A stretch of DNA of 64,000 bases from an uncultured Eubacteriales bacterium (GCA_949283525.1 CASDSK010000038.1:30970-94969); one strand, 5' to 3'. Positions 27,823-38,670 are shown, counted from the stretch's first letter. The notes: generated by a model from the letters alone, not told the origin. A program made the numbers and translations.

Positions 27823-29790
27823 TTATAAATCAAAACTATTTTTTTTGAGTATATTAATAAAATCTTGTTCATTTAATATTTTTATACCCAATGATATGGC
27901 TTTGTCATATTTTGAACCAACGCTTTCTCCTGCTAAAACATAAGAAGTTTTCTTTGATACGCTAGAAGAAATTTTGCCTCCCCTTTTTTCTATTTCTTGT
28001 CCTGCTTGTTCTCTTGTAAAGGACTTAAGCGTACCTGTTAAAACAAACGTTAAATCATTAAAAATACCTGAGTCATTTTTATTTATAGATTGTGGAGATA
28101 TTCCCCTTATAAATAGTTGTCGTATTATTTCAATATTTTGTTTATCTTCAAAATATTCTACAATACCTTGAGCGATTATTTCGGCAATCTCTTCTACTTT
28201 CATTAACTCGTCAAAAGTTGCATTTTGAAATTTATCAAAAGTTTTAAAATAACTAGCCAAATCTTTAGCCGTTTTTTTGCCTATATTTTTTATTCCTAAA
28301 GCATATATAAATTTGTCTAATGTTGGAGATTTAGAATTTTGAATATTATTATAAATATTCTGCGTCTTTTTGTCTTTAAATTTATCTAATTTAATTAAAT
28401 CTTCTTGTGATAAATCATATAATTGATAAGGGTACTGAATGTTAAAATTTTTACAAAACGCTCCTACTGTTTTATCTGAAACGCCTTCTATATTCATAGC
28501 ATCTTTACTGCAAAAATGTACTAAACGCTTTTGAATTTGTGCAGGACATCCCCAGTAGTTAGTGCAAAATGTTTCTATTTCATCTTGCTTTAACTTTTGA
28601 CCACAACTTGGACAAATTTCTGGCATTATGACATCTTTACTTTCTGGCGTGTCTTTGGCTAATCCAATAATTTCAGGGATAACTTCATTGCTTCTCCTAA
28701 CAAAAACATAAGAGTTTATTTTAATGTTTTTCCTTCTTATATCACTATAATTATTTAAAGTCGCCCTTTGTATTGTAGCGCCTGATAAAAAAATGGGTTC
28801 TATAATTGCTAAAGGCGTTATTTTGCCCGTTCTCCCAACTTGAAATTTAATATCTAACACTTTACTTGTCAGTTCTTGTGGTGCAAATTTATATGCCATA
28901 GCGAATTTTGGGAAGCGTGAAGTATGCCCTAATTCTTGGCAAATCTTAAAATCATTTATCTTAATAACTACTCCATCAATTAATATGTCAAGTTTTTCTT
29001 TTGTATTATCAACTTCATCAATTAATTGATTAATTTCCCCAAAATTATCCACAATTTTATTAAAATTATGAACCTTAAATTTGTTGTCTTCCAAAAAATT
29101 AAATACATCTTGTTGCGAACTTAACACTTTACCTTCAATGTATGGGACAGCATAAAAATACATATCTAGATTTCTAGATTTTGTTACTTGTGGATTAAGA
29201 TTTCTGATAGCACCTGCTGCTGCATTTCTAACATTTTTAAGTTGTTCATCGTTATTTTTGTTGTATTTAACCAATTCCGATTTCAGCATTATTGCTTCAC
29301 CTTGAACTATAACTTTATTTTGATAAGGAATTGACAACGGAATACTTTTGATTGTCTTAACTTGATTAGTAACTACTTCACCGACAATACCATTACCTCT
29401 AGTCATTGCCTTTTTGAAAACACCCTTATCATATAAAATTGTTATAGTTAATCCATCAAATTTATATTCAAATGAAAATTTTGTATTTGGATAATCTAAT
29501 AAAACATCATTTACCCATTGTTGAAGTTCTTCTTTTGATTGTCGCTTGTCAAGGCTATATAACGGAACTATATGTTTCTCTTTTTTAAAATTTGATAAAA
29601 CTTCTGCACCTACTCTTTGACTAGGTGAGTCGTCAAAAACAAAGTTATGTTGTTTCTCGAGCAACATTAACTCGTCAAGTAATTTATCATACTCAGCATC
29701 ACTAATAGTAGGATTATCCAAAATATAATAATTATAATTATGTTGATTAATCTCATCAATTAATTGACGCATACGTTTTTTGTAGTCCAT
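27823..29790 (-). CDS. ligA: NAD-dependent DNA ligase
   Basis: Adenylation motif EYKFDG, Zn finger CPSCGQKL...C, C-terminal BRCT. Start moved to the ATG (MDYKK) behind GAGG; the track start is a TTG overlapping the pcrA stop. Confidence 0.95.
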   Translation of the reverse strand: MDYKKRMRQLIDEINQHNYNYYILDNPTISDAEYDKLLDELMLLEKQHNFVFDDSPSQRVGAEVLSNFKKEKHIVPLYSLDKRQSKEELQQWVNDVLLDYPNTKFSFEYKFDGLTITILYDKGVFKKAMTRGNGIVGEVVTNQVKTIKSIPLSIPYQNKVIVQGEAIMLKSELVKYNKNNDEQLKNVRNAAAGAIRNLNPQVTKSRNLDMYFYAVPYIEGKVLSSQQDVFNFLEDNKFKVHNFNKIVDNFGEINQLIDEVDNTKEKLDILIDGVVIKINDFKICQELGHTSRFPKFAMAYKFAPQELTSKVLDIKFQVGRTGKITPLAIIEPIFLSGATIQRATLNNYSDIRRKNIKINSYVFVRRSNEVIPEIIGLAKDTPESKDVIMPEICPSCGQKLKQDEIETFCTNYWGCPAQIQKRLVHFCSKDAMNIEGVSDKTVGAFCKNFNIQYPYQLYDLSQEDLIKLDKFKDKKTQNIYNNIQNSKSPTLDKFIYALGIKNIGKKTAKDLASYFKTFDKFQNATFDELMKVEEIAEIIAQGIVEYFEDKQNIEIIRQLFIRGISPQSINKNDSGIFNDLTFVLTGTLKSFTREQAGQEIEKRGGKISSSVSKKTSYVLAGESVGSKYDKAISLGIKILNEQDFINILKKNSFDL

Positions 29791-29801
29791 AATTACCTCT
29801 A

Positions 29802-32057
29802 TCAAATAAGTGTGAGTGGTGACACATTAAAAGTTAAATTTTTAACGCCAACATCTTCAAACTCTACGCTAATTAAATTTGCTGATTGCAATTTGGATGT
29901 GTCTATAATAACACCTACTCCAAATTTCGGGTGTTCCACCTTAGCCCCCACAACAAAACCATCAAATGACTTGTCTTCCATATTATAAGCCATAGTTTGA
30001 ATTATTGATTTTATAAAATTATTTTCTTGATTTACACTTCTATAAGTAGAATTAGAATTTTGATTATAATTATTATTAGCAAAATTATAAGATTTATCAA
30101 GGTTATAACCTAGATTAAAATATACTTTTTTGATATTACGATTATCTTTAAGTTCATTAAGAAATCTAGAAGTAATAAAACGTTTGATTTGCCCAAACTT
30201 GAATCTACTTTCGCATCTAGATAAATATAACCTTTCTTTTGCTCTTGTTACTGCGACATAAAAAAGTCTTCGCTCTTCTTCTATGTCATCAATCTCATTA
30301 TTACGCAAAATTGGAAAATTTTCTTCCTCTAACCCAACGACAAAAACAGCCCTAAATTCCAATCCTTTAACGGCGTGAATTGTAGCCAAAATAACAGTAT
30401 TATTAGCATCATCTTTGTCATCTGCATCGCTCAAAAGCGTAATAGCTTGTAAATATTCAAATAATGTATCATTAGGATAAGTCTTTGAATAAGCGTAAAT
30501 AGATGTTACTAACGATTCAATATTCTTTATTCTATTCGCATCTTCTTCAGTATTTTTATCTGCATACATTTCACGAATTTTAGTTTTCTCAATAACTTTT
30601 TCAACAGTTTCTACTAATGAACTTGTTTCTGCATATTGTTGTAGTTCTATTATCAATTCTTTGAAATGAATTATCTTTGTTTTTAACGCATTAGTTAAAT
30701 TATCCGAGTGTTCCATAATATACTCAAGCATACTTAAGTTATGTTCATCAGCCATACTCTTTAAATTATTAATTGATGTTTGACCTATTCCCCTTTTTGG
30801 AAAATTGATAATTCTTATAAGGCTTTCATTGTCTTGATGATTAACTATTACTTTCAAATACGCTAAAATATTTTTTATCTCTGCTCTTTCATAGAACTTC
30901 ATACCACCCAAAACTTTGTATGGAATGTTTGCAGTCAAAAGACTTTCTTCTATAGGTCTACTTAATGCATTATATCTCATTAGTACGGCAATGTCTTTAT
31001 ATTGATAACCTTCACTAACTAACTGTTTAATTCTTCTTGAAATAAATTCTGCTTCCTGAACATCATTTGCACCAACAAATAATTCAATAGGTGCTCCGTC
31101 TTGATTATTAGTAAAAAGAACTTTATCCAAACGCTGTTCATTATTTTTGATTACACAGTTAGCAATGTCAATAATACTTTTGGTACAACGATAATTTTGT
31201 TCTAACTTATAAATTTTAACATTATTAAAATCATATTGAAAATTTAGTATATTTTCAATATTAGCACCACGCCAACCATATATACACTGGTCTTCATCTC
31301 CTACCACCATTATATTCCCATATTTTGAAGATAATATTTTGGCAATATCATATTGTACTTTGTTAGTATCTTGAAATTCATCAATTAAAATGTACTGAAA
31401 TCTATCTTGAAATTTTTCTCTCGCTTCTTGGCAATTCAAAAGCAATTCATACGTTTTGATTAATAAATCGTCAAAATCAAAAGCATTACTAACAAAAAGT
31501 TCTTTTTGATATTGCTCATAGACCTTACAAATATTGTCAATATCTTGTACAAAAGCATATTCTTTCTTATATTCTTCAACAGATAAATTTTGATTTTTGG
31601 CGTTACTAATATGATAAACAAAAGTTTTTTTCTTGTCTTCATCAATATTTAATTCGACCAAAATTCGTTTGACAATATTTTCCTTCTCTTGTTCTCCATA
31701 AATAGAGAAACTTTTGGAAAACCCTATTCTGTCAGCAAATTGTCTTAAAATTCGAACACATAGTGAATGGAAAGTACATATCCACATATCCTGAGTGTTT
31801 TCCACTAATTGTTCGACACGTTCCTTCATTTCTTGTGCTGCCTTGTTTGTAAAAGTTATAGCCAAAATATTATAAGGTGAAACACCTTGACTAATCAAAT
31901 ATGCTACTCTATGCGTCAAAACTCTAGTTTTACCACTTCCAGCACCAGCAGTTACCAAAACTGCACCTTCTGTTTGTAAAACTATTTTTCTCTGTTGTTC
32001 ATTTAAAGTATTAATTAAATCTAATTTATCCATAGCGTTATTATAACACAATTTCAT
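29802..32057 (-). CDS. pcrA: ATP-dependent DNA helicase PcrA (UvrD family); the true start may be the ATG at 32033
   Basis: AGAGSGKTRVLTHR, DEFQDT, and a C-terminal Tudor-like GAKVEHPKFGVGVI segment. Ends TGA-TAG. Confidence 0.9.
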   Translation of the reverse strand: MKLCYNNAMDKLDLINTLNEQQRKIVLQTEGAVLVTAGAGSGKTRVLTHRVAYLISQGVSPYNILAITFTNKAAQEMKERVEQLVENTQDMWICTFHSLCVRILRQFADRIGFSKSFSIYGEQEKENIVKRILVELNIDEDKKKTFVYHISNAKNQNLSVEEYKKEYAFVQDIDNICKVYEQYQKELFVSNAFDFDDLLIKTYELLLNCQEAREKFQDRFQYILIDEFQDTNKVQYDIAKILSSKYGNIMVVGDEDQCIYGWRGANIENILNFQYDFNNVKIYKLEQNYRCTKSIIDIANCVIKNNEQRLDKVLFTNNQDGAPIELFVGANDVQEAEFISRRIKQLVSEGYQYKDIAVLMRYNALSRPIEESLLTANIPYKVLGGMKFYERAEIKNILAYLKVIVNHQDNESLIRIINFPKRGIGQTSINNLKSMADEHNLSMLEYIMEHSDNLTNALKTKIIHFKELIIELQQYAETSSLVETVEKVIEKTKIREMYADKNTEEDANRIKNIESLVTSIYAYSKTYPNDTLFEYLQAITLLSDADDKDDANNTVILATIHAVKGLEFRAVFVVGLEEENFPILRNNEIDDIEEERRLFYVAVTRAKERLYLSRCESRFKFGQIKRFITSRFLNELKDNRNIKKVYFNLGYNLDKSYNFANNNYNQNSNSTYRSVNQENNFIKSIIQTMAYNMEDKSFDGFVVGAKVEHPKFGVGVIIDTSKLQSANLISVEFEDVGVKNLTFNVSPLTLI

Positions 32058-32079
32058 TAACTAACAAAACATTTTATTG

Positions 32080-32490
32080 CTAATAAGCTATGTCAAATTC
32101 TTTTTTGTGCTCATTATCGTATCTTTCTTTAAGTTTTACGTATTGTTCAGATAATTTTAATATGTAAGATTGTTTAGCATTTTCATTTAATTTATCATAA
32201 ATATCGTGATTAATTAATTTTGATAAAGGATTAAGCAAAACTTCATTGGAACTCATAATTTCACAAACTTTTTTGTACATAATATCTTCTTCAGACAAAT
32301 CATTTGTTTTATTCATTTCTCGTATTTTATTGATAATTCTTCTTTTGCAAAATTCATTAACAACCTTGATATCTTGACCATTTTTTGTAGCATTTTCAAT
32401 AATATTTCTTCTTTCTATAATAATATCATTCCAAAAACCTTTACGCAATCTAGTTCTTGCCTCTTTGGCTTCTTTTCTAAACTCATCCAT
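32080..32490 (-). CDS. hypothetical helical protein (136 aa from the RBS-supported ATG)
   Basis: ATG (MDEFRKEAKE...) preceded by GGAGGG. The track ORF extends to 32592. Confidence 0.45.
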   Translation of the reverse strand: MDEFRKEAKEARTRLRKGFWNDIIIERRNIIENATKNGQDIKVVNEFCKRRIINKIREMNKTNDLSEEDIMYKKVCEIMSSNEVLLNPLSKLINHDIYDKLNENAKQSYILKLSEQYVKLKERYDNEHKKEFDIAY

Positions 32491-32674
32491 AATTCCCTCC
32501 ATAACGTAATTAATTTTAGCAATTAATTTATAAAAAACAAAATGATTTTTGCCAAAATTTGGCAATCGACAAAAATTCCCATAATACGACATAAGTTATG
32601 TTATATTAATACAAGTATAATAAAAAAAACTGTAGTTTAATCTACAGTTATAATAAAATCAAAAATATTAAATA

Positions 32675-32854
32675 TTAATTTTTTCTCATACGCTTTCTTG
32701 CAGCTTCTTCTTTCTTTTTACGCTTCTCACTAGGCTTCTCGTAAGCTTCTTTTTTACGAATGTCGCCAATGATACCATCTTTTTGACATTTGCGTTTAAA
32801 ACGTTTTAAAGCACTGTCTAAAGATTCGTTAGCACCAACTTTAACTGAAGTCAT
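32675..32854 (-). CDS. rpsU: 30S ribosomal protein S21 (absent from the ORF track, 59 aa)
   Basis: [69 protein letters not shown]. Confidence 0.9.
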   Translation of the reverse strand: MTSVKVGANESLDSALKRFKRKCQKDGIIGDIRKKEAYEKPSEKRKKKEEAARKRMRKN

Positions 32855-32940
32855 CTATTTCACCACCTATTTTTTAAGATAAAATAATATATCATATTAT
32901 ATTCTAAATGTCAACAAAATTATACAATTTTATTTCTTAT

Positions 32941-33267
32941 TTAAAGTTGAATTTTCAAAGTCATTGCAATATCCCCTTCACAATTTATGGTGTAGGAATT
33001 ATCAGTGCTATTAATTGGTGTAACGTTTTCTAATCTCGTTGTGTAATTTCCACCTACCACATAAATAACGCAATTTTTTTGTGGTGTTATCTTAAACGTA
33101 TAAACCTTCGTCCCATTATTTATTTTAAAAGTCGCAATGCTCTCAGCATACTTAAATACTACTAATACATTATCAATTGTTTCATTCGTAATTGTAAAGT
33201 TAATATTTATTTTACTTTTCTTCCATTGCACTGATAATAAAATAATTTTGTTTATGCTGGGTTCCAA
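32941..33267 (-). CDS. hypothetical beta-rich protein (108 aa, TTG start overlapping the hit stop)
   Basis: A 327-nt ORF is unlikely by chance in this AT-rich DNA, but it has no ATG start, a weak RBS and no recognised family. Confidence 0.4.
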   Translation of the reverse strand: MEPSINKIILLSVQWKKSKININFTITNETIDNVLVVFKYAESIATFKINNGTKVYTFKITPQKNCVIYVVGGNYTTRLENVTPINSTDNSYTINCEGDIAMTLKIQL

Positions 33268-33590
33268 GCCATTTCTTTGCCACCTAAAATATGTATATGT
33301 AAGTGTGGAACAGTTTGTCCGGCATTATCGCCTTGATTAATTACTAATCTATATCCACCATTTAAGTTTAAAGTGCTTTCTGCTATTTCACTTATTTTTG
33401 CAAAAATTTTGCCTAAATTTTCTATATCATTTACACTCATTTCACTTAAATATTTAAAATGATTTTTGGGAATAGCCAAATAATGATATGGCGCTTGTGG
33501 GTTTATATCTTTAATAATATAAAACAATTTATCTTCATATACTTTTTGATTGTGTTCTTTAATAAATTTACAAAATAAACAATTCTCCAT
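33252..33590 (-). CDS. HIT-family (Hint-like) nucleotide hydrolase
   Basis: Histidine triad HLHIHILGG. Confidence 0.85.
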   Translation of the reverse strand: MENCLFCKFIKEHNQKVYEDKLFYIIKDINPQAPYHYLAIPKNHFKYLSEMSVNDIENLGKIFAKISEIAESTLNLNGGYRLVINQGDNAGQTVPHLHIHILGGKEMAWNPA

Positions 33591-33619
33591 TTTATTACCT
33601 CTAATTCATATTAGCAAAT

Positions 33620-34885
33620 TTATATTTTTTTAGCAAGCATTTCATTATCAATAATATTCAATAATTTAACATTTACAATAACAGAAGATTTAATTTCATT
33701 TTTTGGTAATAGAACTTTAATATATTCTTTTGTATAACCTGTTATGTAATCGCCTTTAATATTTTCAGTTAATACTTCAGCAGTTTTATCTATGTGTCTA
33801 GACATAAATTCATTATGAAGTTTGTGTTTTAATTGTAGTAATATTTGTTGTCTATGATTAACAACTTCACTTGCCAAAGGTTTAGCAATCTTTGATATTG
33901 CAGTGCCTACTCTATTCGAATAAGGAAATGCGTGAATATCACTAAACTGTGCTTTATTAATTGTATCTAATGTTTCTTCAAAATCTTTTTGAGTTTCGGT
34001 AGGAAAGCCAACAATTACATCAGTTGTTATTCCACAATCTCCAAAATGTTTTCTTATTAACTCTATTTTCTCCAAAAACTTTTCCTTAGTATAGTGTCTA
34101 TTCATATCCTTCAAAGTTTGGTTTGCACCACTCTGCAATGGCAAATGAAAATGTGGACAAAAATTTTTACATTGCTTTAACAATAACAATAGTTCTTCGT
34201 CAATTATATTACATTCTAAGGAACTAAATCTTAAACGAACTTCAATATCTTTAATAGATTTTATTAAATCTTTAAGTGTTTCGCCATTTTTTGTTTTATA
34301 ATTTGAAACATCAATGCCTGTAATGACTATTTCTTTTGACGACTTACTCGCTATTTCAATTTCACGCACAACATCTTGTAAATCACGAGAACGAGAACGC
34401 CCCCTTAAGTACGGGATAAGACAATACGAACAAAAATTGTCACATCCGTCTTGTATTTTTACAAAATGACGAGTTTTATTCATCTTAGGTACACAATAAT
34501 TATCATATTCTTTATTGATTTGGCAATTAACAAAAGGTAAGTTATCAAAATTTTGAAGATTATCTATTAACTTGATAATATCCAATTTATTCATACCAAA
34601 TACTGCTATTACGCCATTTTTTGTTATATATTGTTCAGCATTATTTTGTGAAGAACAACCACATACAATTGTTTTTATATTAGGATTAAGTTTATATATT
34701 TTAGACACCATTTGTCTTGATTTTGATTCTGCCTCGTTTGTAACAGCGCAAGTAAATACTATAGCGATATCGGCTAATGACACATTATTAACTTCATTGT
34801 GTCCTAAATTTGTTAGTTCTGTCATTATGCTAGACGCTTCATATTCATTTACTTTACATCCCATTTTTTTTATATAAATATTCAT
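33620..34885 (-). CDS. mtaB: tRNA threonylcarbamoyladenosine methylthiotransferase (MiaB-like, MtaB/YqeV)
   Basis: MGCKVNEYE N-terminus and radical-SAM motif CDNFCSYCLIP. Start moved to the ATG behind AGGTG (track start 34903). Confidence 0.85.
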   Translation of the reverse strand: MNIYIKKMGCKVNEYEASSIMTELTNLGHNEVNNVSLADIAIVFTCAVTNEAESKSRQMVSKIYKLNPNIKTIVCGCSSQNNAEQYITKNGVIAVFGMNKLDIIKLIDNLQNFDNLPFVNCQINKEYDNYCVPKMNKTRHFVKIQDGCDNFCSYCLIPYLRGRSRSRDLQDVVREIEIASKSSKEIVITGIDVSNYKTKNGETLKDLIKSIKDIEVRLRFSSLECNIIDEELLLLLKQCKNFCPHFHLPLQSGANQTLKDMNRHYTKEKFLEKIELIRKHFGDCGITTDVIVGFPTETQKDFEETLDTINKAQFSDIHAFPYSNRVGTAISKIAKPLASEVVNHRQQILLQLKHKLHNEFMSRHIDKTAEVLTENIKGDYITGYTKEYIKVLLPKNEIKSSVIVNVKLLNIIDNEMLAKKI

Positions 34886-34892
34886 AAAACAC

Positions 34893-35621
34893 CTAATTTT
34901 CAAATTTATTCATTACCAAAGCACTTGTAATAATTGATGCAGTTTCCGCTCTTAAAATTCTATTGCCAAGAGTAATACACCTAACATTTTGTAAATGCTT
35001 TAATTCTTCATATTCCTTGGTACTAAAGCCACCTTCACTTCCTATGATTATAGCAATGTTTTTGTATTCTCCAGATATCTCATTAATTTTACTGTCTTTT
35101 TGCCCTTCGTAAGCAAATATAACTAAATCATAGTCATTAAGTTTTTTTATCATATCAACAAAAAAAATTGGAGAAGAAATTTTTAACGGAATACTTCTTC
35201 CACACTGCTTTGTAGCCTCTATTGTGATTTTTTTTAACCTTTCTATTTTGTTTGAATTCTCTTTAATCTTTGATACACAAAATTCACTTTCGAATAAAAT
35301 GAATTCATTAATTCCTAATTCAGTAATTTTTTGAGTTATCAATTCTAATTTATCTGATTTTAACAACGCTTGAAATAATGTAACTTTAATTTTCGGATCT
35401 GCTTCATTTTTTTTTGTTTTAATTACTTTAGCAATAAAATTGTTTTTATTTATTTCTAAAATTTTACAGAAATAATCTAATCCATCTCCACAAAATGCAA
35501 CTAATTCATCATCTTTTTTGAGTCTCATAACACTATTTGCGTGCAATAATTCTTGATTAGAAAAAGTTATGGTATCATTTTCTAAGTCCTTTTTATCAAA
35601 ATAAAAGCGTTTTAATTTCAT
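34893..35621 (-). CDS. rsmE: 16S rRNA m3U1498 methyltransferase
   Basis: 242 aa, C-terminal IGSEGGFS...LG.RILRAETA. Synteny with mtaB (yqeU-yqeV). Confidence 0.8.
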   Translation of the reverse strand: MKLKRFYFDKKDLENDTITFSNQELLHANSVMRLKKDDELVAFCGDGLDYFCKILEINKNNFIAKVIKTKKNEADPKIKVTLFQALLKSDKLELITQKITELGINEFILFESEFCVSKIKENSNKIERLKKITIEATKQCGRSIPLKISSPIFFVDMIKKLNDYDLVIFAYEGQKDSKINEISGEYKNIAIIIGSEGGFSTKEYEELKHLQNVRCITLGNRILRAETASIITSALVMNKFEN

Positions 35622-36292
35622 TATTCACCCTTAAACCTGTTTTTCATAATATTATAATTTGCTTTTTCTTCAGTTTCTAATTTTTCAAGGTAATCTGCTA
35701 TTTCCTTAAATTCATTAGTATATAAATGCATATCATTTTGTAAAAATTGCTCACTTACTGTATCAAAACCATTATCAATTGCTTTTATCGTTCTCAAATC
35801 TTCAAAAAACCTATCTTCAACATTATCTATATCATAATGTCCTTCATACAATCTTGCTTGTAAATCGGCTTCTAATTTGTCGCATTGATGTGCAAAAATT
35901 GATTCTTTTGTTTGTCTATTTTCGTACTCTTCAATAATTTGTAAAAAATGGTTCGAATTAGGAAAGTCCTTAAAGATTGACAAAACTGCTTGTCGTCCAT
36001 CTTGTTTTTTTGTCTTCAGTTGTTCCAAGTCAAACATTGTTATATCTCCAATAATTATTTCTTCTGTTTCATGAAGCATAATCATTGTTATAACTTTATT
36101 TATGTCAATATCAGGTTTAGTTGTAGAATAAATTCCAACAGCAAGCATAGATGTTGCAAAAATATGTTCTGCTACACTTTCTATTCTATCCTCCGATACA
36201 CACCAATTTAACCACCCTTTCCTAAGTGTCTTTTTTAGCCTACAAGATAACTTATGTAAATTTATAATATTATTTATTTCTTCTATAGTCAT
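35621..36292 (-). CDS. HD-domain 5'-deoxynucleotidase (YfbR/HDDC2-like)
   Basis: RKGW...ESVAEH...LHETEEIIIGDI. Confidence 0.75.
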   Translation of the reverse strand: MTIEEINNIINLHKLSCRLKKTLRKGWLNWCVSEDRIESVAEHIFATSMLAVGIYSTTKPDIDINKVITMIMLHETEEIIIGDITMFDLEQLKTKKQDGRQAVLSIFKDFPNSNHFLQIIEEYENRQTKESIFAHQCDKLEADLQARLYEGHYDIDNVEDRFFEDLRTIKAIDNGFDTVSEQFLQNDMHLYTNEFKEIADYLEKLETEEKANYNIMKNRFKGE

Positions 36293-36372
36293 AATTCACC
36301 TAAAGTTAATTATATCAAATTTTTTTTAAAACAACAAACAAAAAAAACACATTAGCAAACTAATATGTTTAA

Positions 36373-36855
36373 TTAATCGTATAATCTAAAAATTTTAGCA
36401 GTTACGATACCTTCGTCATCAATGCTTATCATACCAAAAGTATTATTTTTGAGCATACCTTTTCCAAGACTACCAGGGTTAAGGACAATTACCCCATTAG
36501 ATAATTGAGTTTGAAATGCCATATGTGTATGACCAAAAACCAAGATATCTGCACCCATTTCCTCTGCTTTTCTAAATAATTTATTCATACCAAATCTAAC
36601 GCCGTATTTATTTCCATGAGTCATAAATATTTTTTTTGATTTCATTTCAATTAGCATATCATCATCATAATTAATGTTGCCATCACAATTGCCCTTAACG
36701 ATAAATAATTTGCCTTTCAAAATTTTATTAAATTGTAAAATGTCTAAAACATAGTCACCAAGAAATAAAACGTAGTCAAATTTTACTTCACTTAAAACTT
36801 TTTTTAAATTCGCCAAATTTTTGTGCGTATCCGAAATAACTAATATATCCATCAT
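36373..36855 (-). CDS. metallophosphoesterase (YfcE/MJ0936 family)
   Basis: ISDTH, GDY, GNCD, THGN, GHTH motifs in order. Confidence 0.8.
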   Translation of the reverse strand: MMDILVISDTHKNLANLKKVLSEVKFDYVLFLGDYVLDILQFNKILKGKLFIVKGNCDGNINYDDDMLIEMKSKKIFMTHGNKYGVRFGMNKLFRKAEEMGADILVFGHTHMAFQTQLSNGVIVLNPGSLGKGMLKNNTFGMISIDDEGIVTAKIFRLYD

Positions 36856-36864
36856 TGCTCACTT

Positions 36865-37098
36865 TTACCAATATATAACATAAAGTATAACGATAGCGAA
36901 AAATAAAATACTTAACATTATCATTCCAAACGAAAATGGTATTAATTTTTTATCTTTTTTGATAATAGATTTAGCAAAACACAAACAGCCTAATGCGAAA
37001 CACACTAAACAAATTATGCCCTTCGCATAATCTGGTAAATCTCTTATTAATGTATTTACTAGATTATTCCAAACATCTAACATTAAAGAAATATACAT
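36865..37098 (-). CDS. small two-TM membrane protein (77 aa)
   Basis: Hydrophobic ORF with GGAGGA RBS. Confidence 0.4.
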   Translation of the reverse strand: MYISLMLDVWNNLVNTLIRDLPDYAKGIICLVCFALGCLCFAKSIIKKDKKLIPFSFGMIMLSILFFAIVILYVIYW

Positions 37099-37149
37099 TT
37101 CATCCTCCGTTATGAAAATTATATAATAACTTTGTCATTTTGTCAATAA

Positions 37150-38661
37150 TTATTGGAATAAAAGGCTATTTTCATCCATTTCCTTGGGCTTATCTATCTT
37201 TAGTATTTCTAATATTGTAGGAGCAATATTACACAATGAAAATTCGCCATTTCTTAACTTATAACTTTTATCGCAAATAATAAAAGGAACATTATTTAAT
37301 GTGTGTGAAGTTATTATTTGTCCTTGTTTATTTCTCATTAATTCAGCATTGCCGTGGTCAGCAGTTATAATTAATTTGTAATTTCTTCTATTTTTATATA
37401 TTAATTTGAGTGCTTTATCTACAGATTTTACAGCTTTAATAGTTGCTTTTAGATTTCCAGTATGTCCTACCATATCTCCATTAGCCAAATTTAATACAAT
37501 CAAATCATATTTATTAGAATTTATTGCTTCAATAGTACTTTTTGTTATTTCAATTGCTTTCATTTTAGGCTTTAAATCGAAACTAGCAATTTTGTCTGAT
37601 TCGTGAAGTATCCTGTCTTCATTTTTGTAGGCAATCTCTTTCATTCCATTAAAAAAATAAGTTACGTGTGCATATTTTGTTGTTTCTGCAATCTTTAAAA
37701 CATTTCCACCATTTTTTGTTACGACTTCAGTTAAATTGTTTTTGACATTTTTCAAATCGAAGATATACTGCACCCCTTCTTCATTTAAATTTTTGTCATA
37801 ACAAGTCATTGTGTATAATTTATAATTATTTTTTGTATTAAATTTATTAAAATTTTTTATAGAAATTGCATATGATAACTGTCTAGCCCTATCGGCTCTA
37901 AAATTCGTGAATATGCACACATCTCCCTTTTTGAACCCTTTGTAATTATTTAAAACAATGGGTTTTATAAATTCATCAGTTTCACCTGATGATATTTTTG
38001 CTTTTACAGTACTTATTATGTCTGTCGTTTTCTCACCTTTCGCTAAAACAATAGAGTCATAAGCAATTTTTGTTCTATCATAATTACTTTCCCTATCCAT
38101 TGCATAATATCTACCAACTACAGAAACTATTTTTCCCACCTTTATTTCGTTAATATAATTCTGTAATTGCTCTATAAATTTATCTGCAATGTTAGGCAGT
38201 GTATCTCTTCCATCTGTTATAATGTGTATTAACACATTTTCAAAATTTTTGTTTTTGGACATTTTTAATAAAGCCTTTATATGCTCAATACTTCCGTGAA
38301 CACCACCATTAGATAAAATCCCTAGTATATGTAGAGTTTTTTTGCATTCAGCAATTTCATTAAACATTTTGCATAATTTTGAATTTCTAAAAAAACTTCC
38401 ATTTTGTATAGATTTATCTATTGTTAATAAATCTTGATAAACAATTCTTCCAGCCCCTATATTTAAATGCCCAACTTCGCTATTGCCCATTTGTCCATTT
38501 GGTAGCCCAACTTTTTCACCACTACAAATTAATTCAGTGTGTGGAAATATTTTCATTGCTTTCTTTAAAAATTTAGGTTTAGCCATCTTAACAGCATTTC
38601 CATACTTTTGATTGCTAATGCCTATGCCATCCATTATCGCTAAAATTACTTTATTATTCAT
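37150..38661 (-). CDS. gpmI: 2,3-bisphosphoglycerate-independent phosphoglycerate mutase
   Basis: MGNSEVGHLNIGAGR and ADHGNAE. Confidence 0.95.
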   Translation of the reverse strand: MNNKVILAIMDGIGISNQKYGNAVKMAKPKFLKKAMKIFPHTELICSGEKVGLPNGQMGNSEVGHLNIGAGRIVYQDLLTIDKSIQNGSFFRNSKLCKMFNEIAECKKTLHILGILSNGGVHGSIEHIKALLKMSKNKNFENVLIHIITDGRDTLPNIADKFIEQLQNYINEIKVGKIVSVVGRYYAMDRESNYDRTKIAYDSIVLAKGEKTTDIISTVKAKISSGETDEFIKPIVLNNYKGFKKGDVCIFTNFRADRARQLSYAISIKNFNKFNTKNNYKLYTMTCYDKNLNEEGVQYIFDLKNVKNNLTEVVTKNGGNVLKIAETTKYAHVTYFFNGMKEIAYKNEDRILHESDKIASFDLKPKMKAIEITKSTIEAINSNKYDLIVLNLANGDMVGHTGNLKATIKAVKSVDKALKLIYKNRRNYKLIITADHGNAELMRNKQGQIITSHTLNNVPFIICDKSYKLRNGEFSLCNIAPTILEILKIDKPKEMDENSLLFQ

Positions 38662-38670
38662 AAATTCCCT

